Source: Botryllus schlosseri
Taxonomy: Eukaryota
Direction: 5' to 3'
Assembly: GCA_051294905.1 (NCBI GenBank)
Contig: CM119371.1
Coordinates: 21,888,001-21,952,000 of the forward strand
DNA length: 64,000 nucleotides
Shown here piece after piece: positions 36,226-46,054 of this stretch. The notes beneath the pieces were generated by a model. It saw nothing but the letters and a program-made list of their open reading frames with translations, searched no databases and had not been told where the DNA came from. Each line of letters begins with the position of its first letter. Positions within the stretch are counted from its first letter, which is position 1. The translations under genes were made by a program, and so were the position numbers.

Positions 36226-37926
36226 TCATCGATAGCTTTTGTCTCCAGTATGTATATTTGCATGTCTTTTCAAGTTACCAAGTAAGGTAAACGCTTTACC
36301 GCAGACCTGACAATCATAGTTTTTACCTCCAGCATGTACATTTCCATGTGCTTTCAAGACACCAAGTCGGGTAAACGCTTTTCCGCAGATCTGACATTCA
36401 TATTGCTTGACTCCGGTATGTGTGGGAACATGTGTTTTCAAGTGGCCTGGCAGCCTGAACGCTTTTCCGCAGATTTGACATAGATAGTTTTTGACTCCAG
36501 TATGTGTATATCCATGTATTTTCAAGTCACCAAGCCCAGTAAATGCCTTTCCACAGATCTGACACTCATGGTTTTTATGTCCAGTATGCGTATTCTCATG
36601 TATTTTCAAGCTACTAAGCTCACTAAAAGCTTTTCCACATATCTCACACCTAACGTTTTTGACTCCAGTATGAATATTTCCATGTGTGTTCAAGTTACTT
36701 AGTCGCACAAACAATTTTCCACATATCGGACAGTCGTACTTTTTTATTCCGGTATGTGTAAGTTCATGTGCTTTCAAGCGTCTGATAAGAGCAAAAGCTT
36801 TTCCACAAATCTCACACGCATAATTTTTGACTCTGGTATGTGTATGTCCATGCCTTTTCAACTCACCCAGCTGAGCAAACACTTTCCCGCAGACCTGACA
36901 TGCATGATTTTTGACCCCAGTATGTTTAAATACATGCTTTTCCAATTCATGAAGCCAGGTAAATGATTTTCCACAGATCTGACATGCACAGTTTTTGACT
37001 CTGGTATGTATATGTCCATGTCTTCTCAAGTAATCAAGCTGATTAAAAGTTTTTCTGCATATCTGACACTCATAACTTTCAAGTCTTGTGTGTGTATTCT
37101 CATGTGCTTTCAAGGAACCATTCAGAGCAAAAGCTTTTCCGCAGATCTCACACGCATAGTTTTGGACTCTGGTATGCGTAACCCCATGCATTTTTAAGTG
37201 ACAAAGCCGGATAAATGCTTTTCCGCAGATCTGACATTCATAATTTCTGACTCCGGTATGTGTATTTTCATGCCTTTTCATGTCACCAAGGCTAGTTACA
37301 GCTATTCCACAGATCTGACATGCATAGTTTTTGACTCCGGTATGTGTATTTACATGTGATTTCAAATCACCAAGCCGCGTGAACGCTTTGCCGCAGATCT
37401 GACATGCATAGTTTTAAACTCCGGTATGTATATGTCTATGTCTTTTCAGATAATAAAACTGGCTAAACGCTTTTCCGCAAATCTGACATGAATAGTTTCT
37501 GACCCCGGTATGTGTATTTCCATGTGATTTCAAGTTACCAAGCCGGTTAAACCCTTTTCCACAGATCTGACACTCATAGCATTTTACTCCAGTATGTGTA
37601 TTTTCATGTCTCCTAAAGTCACCAAGCCGGGTAAACGCTTTTCCACAGATCTCACACTCATAGTTTTTTACTCCTCCAGTATGTGTATTTTCATGTCTTT
37701 TAAAGTCACCAGGCAGGGTGAACGCTTTTCCACAGATCTCACACTGGTAGTTTTCTACTCCAGTATGTGTATTTTCATGTCTTTTAAAGTCACCAAGCCG
37801 GGTAAATGCTTTCCCACAGATCTCACATTCATTATTTCTTTCTTCAAGGTGTAATTGCAGGTGACTTTTCAATCTGTCATGATAATGGAAGTTCTTTCCA
37901 CAGATCCAACACATATCCCTTGTCAT
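36226..37926 (-). CDS. 20-finger C2H2 gene (ZNF-E) interrupted by one in-frame TAA at 37414-37416; as written it encodes a 6-finger, 170-aa protein
   Basis: ORFs 37414-37926 and 36226-37365 are in the same frame; the sequence reads HTGV*NYACQICGK. All 14 downstream fingers keep their Cys2His2 ligands. Confidence 0.85.
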
Positions 37927-38768
37927 TATTCTGGATTATCCTTGAACTTCTTCTTCGAGTACAGACATCAACCGTTTCGTGATTGAAAACAAGTATTCAA
38001 CAATAGCTTTGAATGAGCTATCACAACGTATTAGAATCCTTTTATAGCAATCCAGTCTGAAACACAAAGAAAATGCGGTTAAGTTTGAAAAATTACAAAA
38101 TCCAACATCTCACTTTCACAGAACTTTGTCTTAAAAATGAAAAGAAGAAAAGTAAAATGCTCAACATATGTACCCTATCTATAATATGAAGGCCTATATA
38201 TTGACAGACAGCAATATTGCGGAATCACTAAAGACAAAATAAATGACTGCTGACCAATAGTCAATATGCTAAGCGATCGAAAATTACCAGCATACAGTAA
38301 CAACAATTCAACAAGGCTTGTTCACACATTTGGCTTGTAGTCGTCACGACCTAGAATGCAATGGCCACAATTTTCAATTTATTATGAAAGAAATATCCAA
38401 CCAATCCACAAGCTCAAGCGTTAATTGGTCTTCACCATCTCCAAACACCAAAAATACAACACTATCTTGGCAGACAGTAGATATCATATTGATTTAGAAA
38501 AAAATTAATCCACATCATGTGCTTGTGCAAAAACAGGCTGAACAATCGATATAGACTAGTGATTCACAAGCGCGGTCCCAAAAATATATTAAGAAATCGA
38601 TTTATTCCAAAAAAAAAAAAATTTATATTTATAAAATACTCCTGCTTGGCTTGGCGTCTGTAGTTTTTAATTATAGAATTGCAGGAAAGTTGTGAGTATA
38701 GATTGCTAACGTTACGTCACTGCTGTTTCAATGCAATGTGCCCTAAGTTTCCAGTTGAACGTGTAGTA

Positions 38769-40241
38769 CAGTGGTTCTCAACCTTTTTGGCTTCGCGGAC
38801 CCCTTTTGACCGTCACGGACCCTCGCGGACCCCCTCAAGTTTTAGTTCAATTTTAGCTTTATTATGGTGCAACCTTCATCTGTCTTGTGCAATTATGAAC
38901 TGTAGGCTTGTGATAAACAACAAAATCATGATTTTTCTTGAAAATAACATCGTACTATTTATGTAGAAATTGGTAGACTTTTATTATTTCAAAGCTAATT
39001 TTGCTGCAGTATTTCTTGAAGTACATTGTCGTGTCTTGAAAATCCGCGTCCTCGTTTTGATATGAATGAGGAGGGCCGAAAACCATTTCCGCAAATATAG
39101 ATGGCGGCTAATGCAGTATTAACGCATAACGCTTCCGACGATACTTTTGGTGTGATCGCAACATTTATGGCACCAAAATGAAACAAAACATATATTTTAT
39201 GAACATATAACGTCCAGCATTTAGCGCAGGGACGGGCAACATACGGACCTCGGGTCGAATCCCGCCCGCAACGGCATTTTGATCGGCCCGCAGAGAGTTC
39301 CTACCGTCAAAGTGAAAGCCTAATCTAATAGTATAGACACGTTTTATGCGCCAAATAATGGAACCATGTTTCCCAACCTGAGAAAGACTGTCATGAAACG
39401 ACTTTTTCTGTTCGGGTTTACAATATATTTACGAGCAAACACTTTCGGCCAGGAACAATTGAACATTAACAAGACAAGGCTGCATACCAATATAACTGGT
39501 GATATAAATTTCAAGGTTGGAGCGTAATGCTTTGATAGCAACGAAACACTCCTTGTTCATCAAAAAACAGCTTTGTAGATAGGACATCCGCGATAAGAAT
39601 GCGCCAAATCTGATAGTCGAGCTTCAAAAGTAGCATCGTCCGATTTGTGACGACTGTCAGCCGACAATATTCGGGTTCATTTCAATATGAATATACTATG
39701 CAATTGTATATTGAAGTTCTGTGCCCCCAAGAAGCTGTTCAAATAGTGGTTATGTCTATCGCAGGATAAAATGGATTTCGTGGCGAGGTTTTGATCCCTG
39801 CATTGGTACAAATTTGGGAAATACTTCGGAAATTTTTATTTTAAACGACTGTTCACTAATTTGATGGGACTGACAACTTCAAATCGAGAAGACATAACGA
39901 AGTCCCCCTGATTGACCTTACTATCTCCATATTTTTATTTTGGCAACAAACCCCAACAAAACGTCTCTAAACAGCAATATCTTTGTATCGGCAAGTTATT
40001 GGAAAATTGGCAATGAAAATGAATTTCCACACTACGATAGTTCATGTCAAACGATTATTATGATGATATGAGTCATAAGGTTTTAGCAGTTGTGGTGCGA
40101 AACTGCCTCATGCTTTCTCGAATTAATAAATAAAATAAAAATTACGTTATCAACCATTTTAAAAATTTAGAGGTCTCGCGGACCCCTGAAATTGCTTCGC
40201 GGACCCCTAGGGGTCCGCGGACCCCCGGTTGAGAACCACTG
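38769..40241 (+). mobile_element. hAT/Charlie-type non-autonomous element (family K) with a nested MITE fragment from 39227
   Basis: TIRs CAGTGGTTCTCAACC; perfect TSD GTGTAGTA (38761-38768 / 40242-40249); CGCGGACCCC repeats. An empty-site paralogue lies at ~58545-58640. Confidence 0.92.
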
Positions 40242-43200
40242 GTGTAGTAGCTATAGATATAAATAGGTATTGATAACTTTCAAAACCGGAGGAAAATCCG
40301 AAAAAAATTGTAAAATTTCCTCACTTCGTGGTCGCTTGACGAAAAATGAAAATAAGGCTCAACTCCCGGAAAATACAGTTTTTCTTTCACATTAACAGGT
40401 GGTTGACTGAACAAAAAGGTCGACTTTCCGGTCCAGCTCCCAAAATTGCCGCCGTAGTGTTCCTACAGTGCTGACTTAATGTATATCAGTTGAATTTGGC
40501 CCTATATGTAACCAAAATCCTCAAAATCTCAATAAAGAAGACATTTGGGCGTCCTCCGAGGACAAATCAAAAAAGAGGACAAATCATCTTAAAAGAGGAC
40601 GTATGGTAACCCTATGGTAACTAGATGTGCAGCACGTGACTCACCGTTGAATACTCCAAGATGCATACTGCATTGCCGGCTAAAAGCAGCATAATTGGTA
40701 GTCCTATAGTCAGGGCCGTAACTGCCGCACCCCAAACCCCCAATTGAGGGGGGCCGAGATCGAAGGGGGCCCAAAATTATTTCGTGAATTAGCATAAGTT
40801 ATGAAGTATTTTTTGAAAATTTACGCAACTTTTCAAAAAATTTTTCGCGCTGGGCGCGATTTCAATTCGCCACATATTTTGATTATTGGGTACCACAGGT
40901 GCCGACTTTTATTTTTGCATGGGGTGGCGGCAGGCGCGTAGCCAGGGGGTGTCGAAACCCCCTCCTTTTGAAATGCAAAACCCCGTCCTTTTGAAATTAC
41001 CATTCTGATGCTAATATTCAGTTGCGATTCAACAAGTATTATCAGTGTTACGCGCGGCCGCAATCAATTAGCAAGATTCGTCTGTGCACGCATATCGCAC
41101 AATGTAATGAGACGCGATCTGCCGCTGAGTTGATTGCGAAATTAGGTCATTGATTGCCGAGTTCTCCCTCAGCATTCATCGCTGGACTAAGCACAGTAAC
41201 TAGTAACACGGCGCGACAATTCTGGAACACAAAAGACAGACAAGAGTGATGATTACAAACGCGTGCGACCAATCAGTAATTATCCCGTACCGCCAACACA
41301 ATGTGTTTTTACTTAGTATTGGGTACCTGGCATCGTGACAATTGGTTGCTGATTAAAACATCGATTTTTTACTGCATTGCTGCATTTCCCGATTTATGTT
41401 CGCAAAGCATAATTGGAATAATATCATGGGCACTGGAATAAATTCCAACTAGCAGGCACACACCATAAAACACTGTTCAACTTTGCGCTCCAAGAATATT
41501 TATCATAAAAAAAGGTTCACAAAATATTTTAAACGCGGATTGCGGTCCTCATCGATGCAAATAATGCACTTGAATTGTAGAAGGTAAACGTATATTTGGC
41601 CGTCAACTCGCGATAAGAGATGGTGTTACTCGGAGCGAGCGATGATATCTATAATTCTAACGATGAGGTCAAATTTGTACATCTAATAAAGATCGTTAGT
41701 TGGCTGAAATCAGTATAATTACACTGTGCAAAATACATAGTGGTGATCAGTTTTATCGAACTGTCCAATACGCCGGCAAGGTTGCGCTGATAACGAAAAT
41801 GCAGACATGCCGTAAACCCACAATAATTACAATTACAGGGTGAGCTAGATATATCTAAATAACCAGATTCGGCAATGGCAACGAGCACAATTAGTTTAGA
41901 CTCGGGCATAAGTTTTGATCAAAAGATACATAAACACAAACAATATTACATTCAGAGATTGTTACTGTTCCGCGAACGTGTTTCTGCGGACGGCAGCAGG
42001 CCTGCGCCCTGCATGCGGACGCGCTAAACCAAACCACCGACGATAGTGCACATGAGCTGTCGATGACTTATTCGCATACGAATTATTCTCGCTAATTTGC
42101 AGTACGCAGCATCGATAAAACGTAGGCCCCGATCAACCAGTCGAATTTGATCGTAAAATGGTGCGCTATTATTATCCACGTGTTATTGCAGCAAGAGCAA
42201 TATTGGCGCATGCCGCGATCTTATCAATAGAAATACAAATCTCAAAGGTTTGAAATTCGATCCGCGATATGGTTGCGCACAAACTAATCGAATAAATTCA
42301 GAATTTGCGCCACCGAAAATCTCGTGTTGCATCAATATTTTACAACGTAATTCGACGCCGTGCACTGCACAATGAGCTCAGTATTAATCACAAATCAAAC
42401 ACTGACGAGTGACACCGAGCGAATATGAGTATATAAAGCAGACAAGAATTAGTAGCCTACAGATGATAGCACACTAGAAAGCGTGCATCTAATCAGTAAT
42501 TCCTCAACTTGCGTACAGCACAATGGGGTTCCGAGTCTGACATCGCGACAAATGTTTACTCATTAGGCTATATCGACATTTGAGCTGCATTATTGCATTT
42601 TCCGATAAAAATTGACAAAGCCTTGTTAGAGTAATGAATATACCCACTTTGCGCAGGAATGACTTTCAGTTTGCAGGCGTACACAAACACGCTGTCCTAT
42701 TTCGCGCTCCAAGCCTCCAATTAAAGAGACTATCACGGAAATAACTCACGAATTATTTTGTAAACTAATATGGGCGCAAATGCAATTTAGCTGAAAGTGA
42801 ATTTTCCTGTATGGTTAAGAGACAAGATGTTGTTTCTCAGCGCAAACATGTCGAAAACGACGTCGTAGACGAGGTTACTTCGATTGTATGATTAGTAATC
42901 ACGGATTACAATCTACAATCGTCGCCGGCGAAGCTGCGAATTAAATCATTCCCGTGCGTATCGGTAAATGGTAAATAGTTGGCATTTACTCGCTAATTGA
43001 CAGACCGCGGGCGTTTAAGGATGTTGCATGGCGTGGCCACCACCCAGCCACCCCGTAACTCGGCGCCTATGTTGGGTACTCTTCCTCAAGAAAAAAACAC
43101 TCAAGATTTATAGAAATGGGCATATCAGCGTTGGCCATGACCGCACCACAACGCACCAAGACATGTGACTCCAAGAAGTGTGTCAGAACGATCAGCAGCG

Positions 43201-45032
43201 AGAAAACCTTGGCCATGAACGACTGCTTTTGTGCTGACCAAAAACTTCGAAATACCAAAAACTTCATTATATATACAAAGTACATATAGGTTTGATTAGC
43301 CATATAGGCGCCTAAATGACTCGCGCCGAATGTTCTTGTCTTGGCAATCTGAACCTCACAAGACAAATACCATCCCGCAGGAAGAAATTATATGCCAGTG
43401 AAAATACCAATCCGAAATCGTGTGATCTTTCAGATTAGTAGGTTTGGGCAATTCTACATTTTTAATTATAGCAGACAGGAGGTCACTAAATAACATCATG
43501 TAAAGAAGTAATACCTAGGGGTCCCCCCGTCCGACGATGTTTAATTTTACGGGGTCTGCAGTTTAAAAGACACCTCTCACTCAGCTATACCGGTAAATCT
43601 GATTACGTGGGCAAAGAGGACAACCATGCGATTCCCGATCTTATTCATAGATTTTATCATGAATTATCGAAATATTCGCGCGTCGCGCTGTCTCACTAAA
43701 CAGTACAACTTTACTTGCGTGGCAAAAGCGAACAACGTCATGCGGGGTAAGTTCATCACCCTCTGGGAGCCCGGGGTCCTGACGAAGTGCTGTTACGTTC
43801 CTGCCAATGGGTATACTCCCAGAGCTGTTTAATTACTATTGAGGGGGCCTACACCTTTTTAAACACATCTCACTCAGCTCTTATACCGGTAAATCAGATT
43901 ACGTGAACAGAGACAGGATGAAAATTGATAGCAATACATGCAATTCCCGATCATATTGACCAATTCAGTCATGAAACTAAAGAAATTTCCCGCTTCGCGC
44001 GTTTAGGCGAGAAAAGCTGATTCACTCAATGCACACCCAATGCAGCAGATAAGTAGCGGTAAACAGTGTACAGTTTTGAAATCTCGCCAGGGCAATAAAA
44101 CTACTCAGAAATAGCCATGATCACTGTTTGGGTCCGTTCCATAGCCATAGTATTTGTGCGGCCCCGACCGTACTCTGAAATTCTAAATTTGGCCCTCACA
44201 CCGAAAAAGTTTGGGAACCACTGATATAGACAAAAACAGACTATATTTCATCTGCGTATCTTCACTGTTCGAGTGTTCGTATTTGAGCGAACCGCTGTGC
44301 TGTAATATGATCTGCCCGCACTTTCGTGATAACATCATCTCTTTTGTAATTAAGGTCAAGATACCTCACTGTCTCTCTTTTTGCTGTTATCTTCACTTAC
44401 GGGTTACAATGTTATGTTTAGTTGTACTTAGTTTTGTATATGCGAATGAAGAAGTAACAAACATGAGTAAGATTATCTGACAGTGGTAATATCTGCATTT
44501 GTGCATGCATTTAACCTGATCAATGGGTTAGAAGTAGGAACACCCTCTTCTTTAAAAAAAACCTCCCTTTTCTAAAGGTACGGTACCCCCCGTGTTTTTT
44601 TTCGGCTAAATACGCCCCTGAGCGCGCCTCACGCCATTCAAACTTATCACTTTTAGACAAGACAAACAGTTTTTCTCCTGGCGTCGTAGGTGCTCGGCAA
44701 GAGTATCATTCATTCAATTGATAACTTTTGGGTAGCCGTAAAATGAGCCTTCTTGAGTGGCATTCTACAAAATGTATCTTAATTGAGTATGAGTATTCTC
44801 GTAGGAGCCACTTTGATTTAAATTCTTGCTTAGTAAATTCAAAAGACACAATATAAAATAGCATATATCATGAACTTGTAAGAAAATATCTTATTTCTTC
44901 ACAACTTTGTGTCTTTTCGAGCACTCTGCACAGATGCTTTACAGATCGACCATAAAAGCACCGAAACTACAAGCATTCAACAGCTAATCCTAATTCAGAG
45001 ACATCTGCTGATTGGTAGGCTATAGGCTATGG

Positions 45033-46054
45033 CAGTGGTCGGGAACCTTTTTTGTCCTAAGAGCCATATGGGCCCTATATTTTTCATCTGAACTCCCAAA
45101 GAGCCTTACATGCCAATCAACTGTTACGTCACAATTGAAAATTTGTGACGTCATGGTAGCACTAATTCGAACTCACTATATGAGATTCCTCGTGTGCGCC
45201 ATATATTCTCTGTAAAAACTGGTATTTAATGTTTCGAAAATGAAGCTCGAAACAAGAAGTAAGGCACAGACGGGCCAAGCCTCACCATTGATAACGCAAT
45301 TCATCATAAGTAGCTTGGAATTTATTAAAACCAGGGCGATTTTTTACCTAAAAAACGGAAGATTTTTAATATTGACCTAATTTCGACTTTTTTAGACATG
45401 TCAAAAAAATCGCCCAAATTATAACTGGTATTAGTCGAATGCGACTGTCACACTAATTCCGAAAATATAAATACATATCGACCTCTCAATTCTCAAAGTA
45501 TTCGGTAACAACGTTGCGCCACACGCATACATGTTATCGCCGGTGCTACATATAGCTATACTTACCAATCAAGAAAGTGGATAGCTATGGCGTTGTTTGT
45601 AATTCGAGTTTGTAATTGTGAATGTCATATCCACAATTGTTCATTTAACGCCGTAGATCAGGAAAACAACGTGTATCTGAAATCTGCGTTTGGAAATCGT
45701 CTTTGCCATGTCTGCTATGCTCTTTGATTAATTTACGTAACGCACAATTCAATTTTTCGAGCAGTGTGCAGAGAATTATCGAGTACTACATTGGCCGCCG
45801 CCGTGACAGTAACTTAAATTTGATGATTTTGAAAAGAGGGGGTCCGAGCCCCTAAACCTGAAGACGACATTGTCTTTACCTCTCAAATACATGTTTATAC
45901 TGCCACGAGAATAATTATTTTGGGCGTGATGAAAATTTACCAACAAGTCGCTGCAATATTAATCAATTCAGTACAAAATAAATATTTGGCAAAGAGCCAT
46001 TTCTCACCCAAAAGAGCCATATATGGCTCGCGAGTCATAGGTTCCCGAACACTG
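45033..46054. mobile_element. hAT/Charlie-type MITE
   Basis: TIRs cagtggtcgggaacc / ggttcccgaacactg and AAGAGCCAT subterminal motifs; TSD degraded. Confidence 0.7.
45332..45417 (-). mobile_element. Minimal 86-bp family H MITE
   Basis: Both ends of the 11877-12757 element are fused; TSD attaaaac / attataac. Confidence 0.8.

Noticed and set aside
36226..37926. 84-bp periodic repeats with variable cores resembling a CRISPR array
   Set aside because: The periodicity is the 28-codon C2H2 repeat in an open frame; eukaryotic context and no cas genes.
36226..37926. PRDM9 assignment
   Set aside because: No SET/KRAB/SSXRD exons were found in the window, an in-frame stop precedes the ATG, and the fingers are more diverged than a PRDM9 minisatellite array.
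37936..38056. 40-codon open frame from the acceptor to the uORF stop (LDCYKRILIRC...MSVLEEEVQG*) as a possible N-terminal domain exon
   Set aside because: The frame is not conserved in ZNF-B (indel and stop) and it ends in TAA before the fingers.
40931..44620. Single element bounded by caggcgcgtagcc / tacgcccctg
   Set aside because: The termini are imperfect and the flanks show no TSD, so the boundaries are unsupported.
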